Below are positions 49,360 through 61,249 of a stretch of DNA of 64,000 nucleotides, piece after piece. Source of the DNA: Azolla caroliniana (taxonomy: Eukaryota; Plantae; Polypodiophyta); the NCBI GenBank assembly GCA_043228905.1, contig JBHGNT010000013.1:12400001-12464000 (forward strand). The letters run 5' to 3'. Position numbers and translations under genes: made by a program. Position 1 is the stretch's first letter, and each line of letters begins with the position of its first letter. The notes below the pieces were generated by a model. It had not been told where the DNA came from. It was given only the letters and a program-made list of their open reading frames with translations, and made no database searches.

Positions 49360-52300
49360 TGTCGCGGTATTCCGTGGGTACGTGTAGGATCTTAGGTAGG
49401 ACCGCGGGGGTCTTGGACTAGGGAGACGGATGGTGGAGTCCTTAAGCTTTGTAGGCTTCGGTTCGGAATCGGCTTCCGGCTCCAACAAATGTAGGGTTTC
49501 ACAAAAGCCGGTTCACCGCGAATATGGACCCGACTCAAATATGTTACAAGGGAGATAGATATACACTAACATGAATATATATTACAAGAGTCTTACAACA
49601 AGACGGTTACATGCACCGAATCCGGTGGCTATTACAAACAACCGGCTAATACATCAAGATAAGAATAGGGGACCGGTAAAGGCGAGTCAAGTGGGCCGCC
49701 GGGACCACGACGTCCATCGTTGGTCACGCCCCGAAGATGATGGAGTGTTCCTGTGCCACTTTGCCCTCGCTTCTCGAACCGGCCGCCATGCGAAACGCTC
49801 TCCATTGAGGTGAGAAAAATCAAACCTCCAATTGCCGCCACCGGAATGTCGAAGAGCCGCTGTCGTAGAAACCCCTAACCAAAACCGTAACTCGACCAAG
49901 AAGAAGGTAAACCCAAAACCCCAAGCTTATGAAACCTAGATCACATAAAGAAACCTAAAACCCTAAATCCCCCATAATCTCTCACAAGATGAAGAATGAG
50001 ACGAAGTACTAACCCTCCACTCAAGAAGAAGGAATCAAACCCATAAGACAAAGAAGAAGAAGACCCTAAATGAAACCCTAAACGAAATAGGCTGAAAAGA
50101 CCAAAGTAGAAACCCTAAGGGAACAAGAATAAGATGAAGAGGAAGCACACTACCAAACCCTAGACCTGAGTGGTATACCCTCCTAATTCAAAATAGGCAA
50201 CCCTTCACAAGGGACCCCTCCCTTCCTTTTATAGCCCAAGGAGGGAGGAATGTTACAATGTGGGATCAATACTCCCGTTTATTCTATACATTGTTTTCCT
50301 ACTATACATGTGTAGATGCTGCACACCACCGACTTGCCCTATTCCACCTCGGTTTCACACTGTAGCCGAAAATCTTCACGACATCCACCCCCACCAAACC
50401 GCACGTCCACCGGTATGGGCCAAAAAAGGAAAAGGGTGAGAGATTTCGGCGACGGTGATCAACCGGGTTTTGCGCCTTCCTGGCACCCGACCGTCTTGTT
50501 GGCTCCTTACCGTCCCCGACTCGTCGGCTCCATCCGATCCACCATATCTGACGTTCGCGCCTCCTTCCCGATCGGTCCTCCCGAACACCTCCACACACTG
50601 ACTCTCTCCGCTCCACGCTCGCCTTCCGTAGGCTCTTCCCATGTGCCATTGTCGTCCTCTGAATGCGTGCTCGTTCTTCGGTCCTTAGGTGACCCCATTA
50701 CGCGCTCCTTCTTTCTACCTCACTCACTCCCCTCTCTCTCGATAGAGCGTGCCGTCAGCCCGACCTCCGTGTCGGTGCCCTTCGCGTCATCCTGGTTGCC
50801 ATCCTGTGTTATTGCCCATCGCCTTCGTCCCCTCGTCGCCACCTTCCTTCTCCTTGGTCTTACGTTGCCTCAGCGGCTTGAACTGCCAAAGTCTCCAGAA
50901 CCGGTGTGGAGGATCCCTCTCCGGCCTTCCGTTCGAGACCACCTAGACTGGAAACCATCCTTCGCGCCTATACTCCTTTTCGGCACCTCCGTGTGCCGAC
51001 ATTCCCTCGTAGTTCAGCACCACCGTGGCGAATTCCGATTACCCTTCCACACGCTATCATGAAGAAAACCGGTGTCGTGAAGATTTTCGTCCACAAGCGG
51101 AAACCCGAGCAACGAGAGCCAAAGAGCGATGTGCAACGTTGCACACGTACATAATGTATTTGTAATAGTAATAAAGGTATAAAGGTGATGTGGTTGTACG
51201 CGCATCCACGCCAGAGAGAGAGAGAGAGAGGTACTATGCGGTACATAGGTACCTAGTTGTTTGTGAGGAGGTGGGAGTTAAGGGGCCATCAATCTCACCT
51301 TCCCCCAAATCAAGGCAAATATCCCCTTTGAATGAAAGGGGATATTTTAGTCTCACTTTTGTAAGCGGTCTTCCCTCCTTGTGCTATAAAAGGAGAGAGA
51401 AGGCACCATTGTGGGGGTTGCCTATTTTGTGTGAGTAAGGTATACCACTTAGTCGAGGGTTCTACTTCTTCCCATTTTGTTTTAGGGTTAGGGTTTCGGT
51501 TAGGGTTTCAGTTAGGGTTTTCTTCTTGGGTTTTCCTTTAGGGTTTTTCATATAGTCGTTCGGTGCGGCCATGGCGGCCACCATTTGTTGTAATCATTCA
51601 TTTCTTAATAGAACTTCTTCTTGAGTATCTTGATTGCATCTTCTTCTTCTATCATAATGTCATATTCGTTCTCTTATCCTCTTGAGCTAATCTTTCTCCT
51701 CCACTCCCTAGTCCAAGACCCCCGTGGTCCCGCCCTTCTACACGCACGCGCGTAACAACGCGACATATTTGGTGAACCCGACGTGAAGGGCGGCAAGGGA
51801 GCATGGAGATTGAAGAAGACTTTGACTTCGAGGAGATGATGGCAAAGATTGTGATGGAAGCCGGACGGAAGATGGTGAAGCGAGATGCAGCTCAACAAGC
51901 CGTCGAAAGGGTGGTCAATCGAGTCGGCCGGTTCAATGGGAATGAGGTCCTAAAAATTTTGGGAGCCTACAAGGCCGAGATGGCGAAAGGGGGCGTGGAC
52001 GAGGCGATGCAACTGGAGTATTTTCCGCGAGTGGCGCCCGTATCGGTGCACAAGGACGTCAAGGAGCTATGAGAAGCTCACGAGTCATGGGAGTCCTTCA
52101 AGGGAGCTCTATTGGAAGCGTACGGATACGCGAAACCGGAGTGGGTATACGGGCAACCCGATGGGGAGCGGTCGGCTACAACATGGCCCGCGAACGGTGG
52201 AGAAGAGAGAGCGGCGAGTGAGTACGCACTACCGCTGGAAGAGAGCTCAACGCAAAACGGTTCGGAGGAGCTCGACCTAGAAGCGCTAGTACGGGAGGCA

Positions 52301-53360
52301 TGCGAGCTTGTGAAGGGGAAAATCGAAGCCGAAGAAGGGCTTATTATGGAGTCGAGCCGGAGGCGATCGAAGGATGAGGAGGCCGAAAGAGAATGATACA
52401 TCGGTACCACGGGAGAGGGTGCGGAGCGAGCCACCCTCTCGACATGCGGAGAAAGATCGATCGAGGACGAGGTCGGGGACGGTGAGGCGGCGATCGCAGA
52501 TTCGAGCGGACATGAGGGAGTTCGGGCATGGAGGCCCGAAACATCGAGCGGGGAGAAGACGGGCGGTGTTGCCGTGACCTTACGCACACCGGGCCAAGAG
52601 ACTCCGGCAACCGGCCCGAGAGCCGGTGTGAGACCTAGAGTGACGGGCGGTGGCGGCGGCAAGGCGGGCGACCACGACGACGACGATGTGGGAGAGGGTG
52701 TGGGAAGAGCGACTCTCTCATCTTGTGGCGAATGGACGGCCATGGAGGCCGGTAACTACGGATTCGGGACATGGCAGCCCGAAACATCGAGGGAGGAGGA
52801 GACAAGCGGCGGTGCCGCGACCTTATGCACACCGGGCCTAGAGACTCCGGCAACCGGCCCGAGAGCCGGTGTGGGACGTAGAGTGACGGACGGTGGCGGC
52901 GACAAGGCGGGCAACCGAGACAACGGTAAGGAGACCGTCGAAGAGGAGGCGGCAAGAATAATTGATGCTTGCATATACGGAGGCGGGGTAGCCACGGACG
53001 ACTATGTCCGAATGGAGGTGGCTACGGGCATAGCATCGATGGGCGGCGGCGTTGCTTCCTTACACGCACCGGTTCAAGAGACCCCGGCAACCGGCCCGAG
53101 TGCCTGCGTGAGACCTAGGGTAATGAACGGTGGCGGTGGCAAGGCGGACGACCACGGCGACGATGTGGGAGAGGGTGCGGAGCGAGCGACCCTCTCGACT
53201 TGTGGAAAGAGGACGGCCATGGATGAGGCCGATATCTACGGAGCAATGGACGCCACTTCGAGAGTGGGCGAAAGTTTCGGGACGCGGTTGCCCGAAACGT
53301 TCTACGAGGATTTGGTGAGCATACTTGAGGGTTGCGAAATCGAGGATGAAGAGGAGACGA

Positions 53361-56300
53361 TGTCGTAGTGTATTTTGTACACTACGTGAAAAACGTATAT
53401 AGTATTAGATTCAATAAAAAAATGAAGAAATAGAAGAAAATAGCAAAATAAATGAAACATGCATAGGGCAAGATTCGAACCTTGCACCTCCATGTTAATA
53501 ATGTAATGTCTTACCATTACACTAGCATTTCATTAGTGTTAAAGCATAGATGTCCCACATAGAAAGGTAAATTCACGCTAGGATAAACATTAGAAAAACG
53601 CATAACAAAAGAAAAAGCTACACATACACATCTAACGTGCATGATAAAAAACGCACAAGTTAGAAAAAAAAGCATGATCACTTTAGATCAAGCATATAGT
53701 CTATCTATAGGAAAAGCATGGGGTCTATAGTTAGAGAAAAAGCATGGATTACTAAGACTTCCTCATCACTACATAAGGATGGGGAGCACAATGTAATTGT
53801 GTGTGAAATATTTGGAAATTGGATATATTTCCGAAAACACCAACCGATTAATATAATCGTGGGATTCACGAAAATAATATAATCTATACTTGTGGGATTC
53901 ACAAGTTTCTTATATCTTTCTTTCAATCTAAATACATATTCTTATCTAAATATTGATTAATCGAATACAATACACTCGTGGGATTCACGAAATTTCTATC
54001 TCTCTTTCTAATAATCTATTCATTACTAGCCTCATCTCATATTCTTCTTTCTCCTAGTCCAAAACCTCGGCGGTTCCCACCCGACTCACGCAAACGATCC
54101 GGAGCCGAAAGGCACGACACAGTTGGTGAACCCGACGTGAAGGCGGGTGGCAAGGAGATGGAGAATCAACAAGAGGCAATGAGCATAACGATGATGATGA
54201 TGTTCGAGCGGATGCTACAAGAACAATGGGTGATGTCGGAGATCACGGGGGCAGTAAAGCGGCTCGTACAACGAAACGGACAATTCAACGGAAATGATGT
54301 GTCACGCTATCTACATGACTACAAGGCGGAGATGATACGATGTGGGATACCAGAAGGATTGCAAGTGACATCCTTCAATCGGGTAGCCACGGATGAGTTA
54401 CAAGAAAGAATCTACAAGATACGGCAACAAAATTCGACATGGGGGTCATTCGAAGAAGCTTTACGAGAGGCATATGATTACAAGAGATCGAAGGGAAAAG
54501 ATCGGCGAGAATTCGACGAATGGGTGGCATCGGAGAAGACCCACCGAAGTGCAACACAAGCATTCCTAGAGTTCGAGAATCGTTTTGCTCGACTCTCGGA
54601 GCGGGAACAACGATTGGTGGGAGAGGATAAAGTCCTAATGTTCGTAAAATCGATCGATCGAAAAGAAAGGATGGACATCGGGATCGAACTCGAAGATGAT
54701 GACGGTGCGAACGGTCTTACTGAGGATTGGGCCAAAGTCGAAAGGGTATGCCGGAGACATGATGAGAGGAAGATGAGAATCTTGTCAACGACATGGCCGA
54801 TGAAGGATGGTCGATTGAAGACAAACGATGGAGCCGATATGAAGGCCGAAATACAACATGATGGTGCGACGGAAGAGGGTGTAAAACAAGCTACCCTCTT
54901 GTCTTGCGAAAGAACAACGATGAAGGATAAGGCCGATAACCCAAGTGTAGAAGAAGATTTCAGAATACAAGTGTCCGAAACATCGGGTGAAAAAGGGGTA
55001 AGCATAATTGATGCAGTGAAAGAGAGCAAAGAGGACTTGATTGAGGAGGTCGCCACGAAAGATGACATCGAATCGAAGGTGGCTATGGACGAATCAACGA
55101 CGGATGGCCATATCGAGACTTCCCCACCACTGATTCTAGAGACTCCGGCGGTTGCATTCGAAAGGCAACGTGAGACCGAAGAGACGGAAGGTGGTGGAGA
55201 GAAAACAAAGGTCGAAGTCGATGCATACGACAGAGAGATAGCCGAGAATATGGCTATGGGTGAAACAATGGAGGATGATAATACCGAGGATTCCTACCCA
55301 CTAATTCTAGAGACTTCGGCGGTTGTGTCTGAGAAGCAACATGAGACCGGAGAGACGGGAGGTGGCGGCAAGAAAGGTAAAGTCGGAAGCCAGTTAGGAT
55401 GGAAGGTGATCCGGACGGGATTCCGATCTGAAAGAAAGCCGAACCGGGTAAAAGAGGATTCGACCGAAAGTCGACCCGAAAGAAAGCCGAACCGAAAGGA
55501 AGAGAATTCGACCGAAAGACGACACAAACGAAAGCCGAACCGGGCAAATGAGGATTCGGCCGAAAGACGACCCGAAAGAAAGCCGACCCGAAAAGGGGTC
55601 GACTCGGTCAAAACCGATCGACCGAGTCTGACTTGGCCGAACGCGAATATGGATGGAAGCCGACCTAGCCGAAAGCCGATCGGACGAGACCGATCCGGAA
55701 AGAAGCTAATCCGACTCAATCGGAGGTTGGACCAGTCGAGGCTGGTGAAAACGAGGAAAAGAAAGCCAACCGAAACCGAAACCGATAGATCGAAACCGGG
55801 CCGGAAGGAGACCGACTCAATCGAAACCAAACAACCGATTCCGATTCGGCCGAATATGAATCCGATCGGACGCCGATCAAACCAAAAGTCGATCGGACGA
55901 GAGCGATCCGGAAAAAAGTCAAGGTTGATGAAGACAAGAAAGAGGCCAGTAAAAGACACTACCACGAATGACAAGGGCCAAGAATATGACGAGAGAGAAC
56001 AAAGAATATGGTGGATCGGATGGCGACAATGGTTCGGGTGGAAAGAATGGGTCTACTCAAAATGGAGAGACAAAGTTGACATAGCGGGACAAACGGAGGA
56101 TGAAGGGGAGACAACGAGCATCGGCAACTTCGGCACATACCGGAGGATGTGCGGGTTCGGAGGGGGCGAGTGTCGTAGTGTATTTTGTACACTACGTGAA
56201 AAAGTAAAAATAATATAACCGATTTAATTACATATAAATAAATAAAATAAGAATATCAAGATATTTATCACGTGCATAGGGCAAGATTCAAACCTTGTAC

Positions 56301-56894
56301 CTCCACGTAGCCAAACCTCAACTTTACCATTATGCTACCTTATCTTTAGTGTTCTATAAATAGATTTAATAACTATAAGTGCTTTATTTGCGCCTACCTT
56401 TATTAAAAGGTAAATCATGTATATTTAGAGTGCGTGAATATTTTATAGAAAACCGCAAGCAACTAAAAAGTGACTCATGCACATCTAGCGTGCATGAGCA
56501 CTATATTTAGCAAATAAAAGCAAGGATTAGAAAAGCATCACATGCACATTTAGTGTGCATGAACATATTAGAAAAAAAGCATGTAGCTATGCTTAGTCTC
56601 TCCCATCACTATATAAGGATGGGGAGCACATTGTAGTTTTTGTTGATTATTTTTCTATAATGATCAATCAATCTAAAATATTCGTGGGATTCACGAATTT
56701 GCTAAAATAATTCTCTCTTACTACCTAAATATTGACTAAATATACTAAACTCGTGGGATTCACGAGATTCTTATCTTATAACTCTTTATACCTATTCTTT
56801 ACTAGCCTTATTTGTATTCTTCTTTCTCCTAGTCCAAAACCTCGGCGGTTCCCACCCGACTCACGCAAACGATCCGGAGCCGAAAGGCACGACA
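53361..56894 (+). mobile_element. Non-autonomous Trp-family element (LTRs 53361-54119 and 56171-56894)
   Basis: TSD ACGA/ACGA; Trp PBS at 54124; PPT GGAGGGGGCGAG; single long ORF. Confidence 0.9.
54158..56218 (+). CDS. Gag-derived protein with acidic and basic repeats and a Trp-rich C-terminus
   Basis: Uninterrupted ORF from the ATG just after the PBS. N-terminus (GQFNGNDVSRYL...TWGSFEEAL...FLEFENRFARL) is homologous to the gag remnants at 51803 and 60087. Confidence 0.7.
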   Translation: MENQQEAMSITMMMMFERMLQEQWVMSEITGAVKRLVQRNGQFNGNDVSRYLHDYKAEMIRCGIPEGLQVTSFNRVATDELQERIYKIRQQNSTWGSFEEALREAYDYKRSKGKDRREFDEWVASEKTHRSATQAFLEFENRFARLSEREQRLVGEDKVLMFVKSIDRKERMDIGIELEDDDGANGLTEDWAKVERVCRRHDERKMRILSTTWPMKDGRLKTNDGADMKAEIQHDGATEEGVKQATLLSCERTTMKDKADNPSVEEDFRIQVSETSGEKGVSIIDAVKESKEDLIEEVATKDDIESKVAMDESTTDGHIETSPPLILETPAVAFERQRETEETEGGGEKTKVEVDAYDREIAENMAMGETMEDDNTEDSYPLILETSAVVSEKQHETGETGGGGKKGKVGSQLGWKVIRTGFRSERKPNRVKEDSTESRPERKPNRKEENSTERRHKRKPNRANEDSAERRPERKPTRKGVDSVKTDRPSLTWPNANMDGSRPSRKPIGRDRSGKKLIRLNRRLDQSRLVKTRKRKPTETETDRSKPGRKETDSIETKQPIPIRPNMNPIGRRSNQKSIGRERSGKKSRLMKTRKRPVKDTTTNDKGQEYDEREQRIWWIGWRQWFGWKEWVYSKWRDKVDIAGQTEDEGETTSIGNFGTYRRMCGFGGGECRSVFCTLREKVKII

Positions 56895-59800
56895 ACGAGC
56901 GGCGGTGCCGCGACCTTCCACACACCGGTCCTAGAGACTCCGGCAACCGGCCCGAGAACCGGTGTGAGACCTAGAGAGACGGATGGTGGCGGCGGCAAGG
57001 CGGGCAACCGAAATGACGAAGAGGAGGTTTGTAGCGGACAGAGGCGAGATCCCTCGACACCGGGGCCGGAGACTTCGGCGGTTGTGTCCGAGCACGGACA
57101 TAAGACCGAGGAGATGGGCGGTGGCCGTGAGGATGAGAGGCCCATAGTGGGCACGTGCGAAAAGACCGAAGGAGAGGTCCGGAGCGGCATCGAGGAGCGA
57201 GTCGGGAACCAACCCGACCGAAAGATGAGCCGGTCAGTAATCCGACCTGACCGGGAGTCGGAGCGGAAGAAGAGTGAAGCGGGGGCCGGTCAACCGGGCA
57301 CGAACCGAAGGAAGCCGGCAAGACCGGGATTGTTTGATCAATTCGTAGCCGGCCGGGTACGGTTACGGTGGGAGCCGGTGAGAGCGATAAGGAGGCCTAG
57401 TGGGCATGGTGATCACGGCTTGCTAGAAGACCGAGAGCGAGAGGGACCTTCCACACCCATTCTAGAGACTTCGGCGGTTGCGGATCAACGTGAGACCGGA
57501 GAGACGGCGGGTGGCAACGAGGAGTTGGAGACTGACGCGGAGGTCGGGTCTACGGCGGAAGCACGACACGAGATGCGTGCAATACGGCCGGTGGAGGGCC
57601 AAGACACAAGCATGCATACGGCGGACGGGCAACAACGATTGACCGACGATGACGGTCGGATCAAGCCTTCGAGAGGCAAACGCGGGACGAAGGACGGCGT
57701 GGCGAAACACCAAGATCGACGACATGGGCTGAGCGCGATCGGCATGAGTGGAGAGTCGTATCTAGGAAAACGGAGGAGATGCGCGGAGAACAACGGGACA
57801 CACACCGGGAAGAGAAAGTGTGGCGGTTTCCCGGAGGGCATACAAGGCCAAGCAAGCCAAGAGGGCGCAAGTCAAGGCGAGGCGATAACGAGAGCCTCGA
57901 GGGAGACTGACACGGAGGTCGGGATGACGATACGCTCTACTACAAGAGAGCACGGCGAAAAAGGGGAAAGCGAAAAACGCGTGATGGGGTCATCGAAGGA
58001 CCGAAGCACGAGCACGCATTCGGAGGGCAACATCGACATACGGGGAAATCCTACGGAAGGCAAGCGCGGAGCGGAGAGAGTCGGCACGCCGAGGTGTGCA
58101 ACACGCAAAGGGCGGAATCCGGCATGTGACCGGGAGCGCATCTGGGGGATATACGAGGCGGACAAAGGAAGAGCAACCGGGTCGGCGACGACGTACGGGA
58201 GGACCGAACGGGGAGGAAAGCACGGGCATCGGATACGGCGGGTCAGATGTAGTCGGTGGTTCAAGGACCCACGGTGGACGTGGCGGATCGGGTGGAGGCA
58301 ACGACTCGCCGAACATCGTCGAGTGTGGCGGATCGGATGGCGCCGACGGTTCGAGACCATTCGGCGAGGATGGTGGGCCGGAAGGCGGCGGTGGTTCGTG
58401 TGGACAGGGTGGTCTTGCTCGAAGTGGAAGACAAAGCCGGGCGGGCCCACGAGGACGCTAAGGACTCGGTCGGTCGTCGTGGCCGAAAATCTCGTGTTCT
58501 CTCCCCTATGTTTTGGCACATACCGGAGGATGTGCGGTTAGGTGGGGGCGGATGTCGTGAAGATTTTCGTCCACAAGCGGAAACCCGAGCAACGAGACCC
58601 AAAGAGCGATGTGCACTGTTGCACACGTACATAATGTATTTGTAATAGTAATAAAGGTATAAAGGTGATGTGGTTGTACGCGCATCCACACGAGAGAGAG
58701 AGAGAGGTACTATGCGATACATAGGTACCTAGTTGTTTGTGAGGAGGTGGGAGTTAAGGGGCCATCAATCTCACCTTCCCCCAAATCAAGGCAAATATCC
58801 CCTTTGAATGAAAGGGGATATTTTAGTCTCACTTTTGTAAGCGGTCTTCCCTCCTTGTGCTATAAAAGGAGAGAGAAGGCACCATTGTGGGGGTTGCCTA
58901 TTTTGTGTGAGTAAGGTATACCACTTAGTCGAGGGTTCTACTTCTTCCCATTTCGTTTTAGGGTTAGGGTTTCGGTTAGGGTTTTCTTCTTGGGTTTTCC
59001 TTTAGGGATTTTCATATAGTCGTTTGATGCGGCCATGGCGGCCACCATTTGTTGTAATCGTTCATTTCTTAATAGAACTTCTTGTTGAGTATCTTGATTG
59101 CATCTTCTTCTTCTATCATAATGTCATATTCGTTCTCTTATCCTCTTGAGCTAATCTTTCTCCTCCACTCCCTAGTCCAAGACCCCCGTGGTCCTGCCCT
59201 TCTACACGCACGCGCGTAACAACGCGACACCGGCCATAGGTGGAATCGGAGAAAAAGGCGCATGAACCGGCGCTCATATAGGTGGATGCGAGAATTGATA
59301 TTGTGGCCATAATTCATAATTAGGTTGGCTGATGTAAATACTAGGTAGTACATATTTATTAGAAGATTGGTGCATATCTCTGTAAAAAGGGACAGGGAAT
59401 AAAGCAATTTGACTAGGGGAAGAACAGTCCCCTTTTTGTGAACTATTTAAGGAGGGAGAGAGGGAAGAAAGGGGATCATGCGTTGACGAGGACGAAGTGC
59501 GGCTACCGAACTGAGTGTCGAGCTCTCTCTTCTCCTCCGATCGTCGGTCTATGTGGGTGTCGGGAGTTCGCTGCCTCTGCTTCGTTGACAACCCGTGTGC
59601 TTCCAGCAGAGGCTCTCCCCTTTTTGTTTCTTTGAGAGCAGTGTGTTCTGTTTGTGTGCGTGAGTAGGATCCCCGTGTCGGGTCCATCGCGGCCTTGCCG
59701 GTTGTAATCGTTAGAGTTTGTAATCTTTTGATATTGTAATCGATGGTTACTGTAATTAAGTGTTCCTTTTCTTTCTCTTTCCTTCTCCCTTCTGCGTATC

Positions 59801-61249
59801 TGCAAATCTTTTCCCCTCTCCTCTTCTCTCTCTCTCTCTCTCCCGCTCCTCGGTTCAAGGCCCCTGTGGTCCCGCCTCTTTCTACACGCACGCGCGTAAC
59901 AACACGACATCATTGGTGAACCCGACGGGAAAAGGCGGCAAAGGAGTCGAAAGATGAGGGGATCAGAGCTAGCAGATGCAATGGCGGTAGTCGTCGACCG
60001 GTTGGTAAGCGCTCGTGAGGGAACGGGTACCCTCGACAGAGAAGTACCGGTTTGACGACTCACTTTAGCTGTCGACGCGGGACTTCATGGCGTGGGTGGA
60101 AAGCCCCAGAAAGGGGAGGAACATGTCGGCGTTGCTCCAGGAGTTCGAAAAACGGTTCGCACGGCTGTCGACGCTCAAAACGAGTCGAGTACTATTGTTT
60201 GTTAAGTCGGTGGACGTGCTCGACAGGGAAAAGGTGGGTCCCCTATTGGAAATGGATGAAGGGGTCACGGTAGATTGGGCGGTGGTAAAACGGGTCTGCA
60301 GCCGTTTCGACAAGCGGCGCGATTGGAGCAACGAAAGCTCGTCGGGGTCAGGGCCAGTCCCGACGAGGAGGCTCGAGGAGCCGGTGTCGGTGCCAGCCGG
60401 TAGGAAGGAAGAGACCCGAATTTGGCTGGAGTTGGGGTCGGCATCGAACGACGTGGTTAGAGGCCCATTCGGAGGAGCTGACACAGATGGTGCGCGACCT
60501 GCAGATCGCACAGGCACGGAGAGACAGCGGCGAACAACCTCGCGAACGGAAGCCGCCTACTGGGCAGCGGTGCATGTGGTGTGACGCGATCGGTCACATT
60601 CAGAAGGATTGCGCGGATTTCGCCGACGCGCTCAGGACCAACATGGTGTACCTCTGGAACGGGCGGGTGCACGCGAGTGGGACCTGGAGAGCCCTAGAAC
60701 TAAATGAAGAGGTTGATGGAAGAGGCCGCGGCACGACACGTAGAAGCCGTTAACTACTCAGTGTCGGCGGGAATTCGGGTCGGGGGTGATGAGACCCGGA
60801 AGGTGAAGGACTCCGGATTCTGGCCGCTAGTGCTAGAAGGCCTCTCCGAAGTTCGGCTGAAGAAGGAAGAGGCGGACCACGCGGAACAACGGGTCCAGGA
60901 GGTCACCGGATGGGACGATTCGGTCGAATAGAAAACGGGCTTCGTAGAAGCCGCTTGCCAAAACTATGAGGTTTTGGTGGAAGACAAACGGGCAGGAAAG
61001 GCCGGGGGGGTCCGTCCCCCGAAGAGGTACGAGACCCGGTTCAGACCGAAACCGACCGGTGCCGGCAACCCAGGCGCACCGGACGGAAAGAAGCAGGCGG
61101 GATTTCGGTTGAGCACCGAAATCGAGAGAGCAACGGACCTACAGAAGGTCCTTGAAGAGTGGATCCTCGATGAGGAACGATTGCAGGTCGGTCTCAGAGG
61201 TCCGCAGATTCTTGGGAGCATGCTCGTTCTACCACATTTGGATCCCGCA

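Larger units (their letters stand above)
51073..59229 (+). mobile_element. Non-autonomous Trp-family element (LTRs 51073-51765 and 58553-59229)
   Basis: TSD CCGG/CCGG; PBS TGGTGAACCCGACGTGA at 51770 (complement of the plant tRNA-Trp 3' end); gag-like start at 51803, repetitive linker, R/W-rich tail; PPT at 58541-58552. Confidence 0.93.

Noticed and set aside
53461-53530. Functional tRNA genes at the A/B-box modules
   Set aside because: No convincing acceptor or anticodon stems; reported only as tRNA-like modules.
54478-55974. Long antisense ORFs (also 57872-58519, 20312-21028, 31300-31857)
   Set aside because: Shadows of sense TE ORFs in GC-rich or repetitive DNA, with no motifs.
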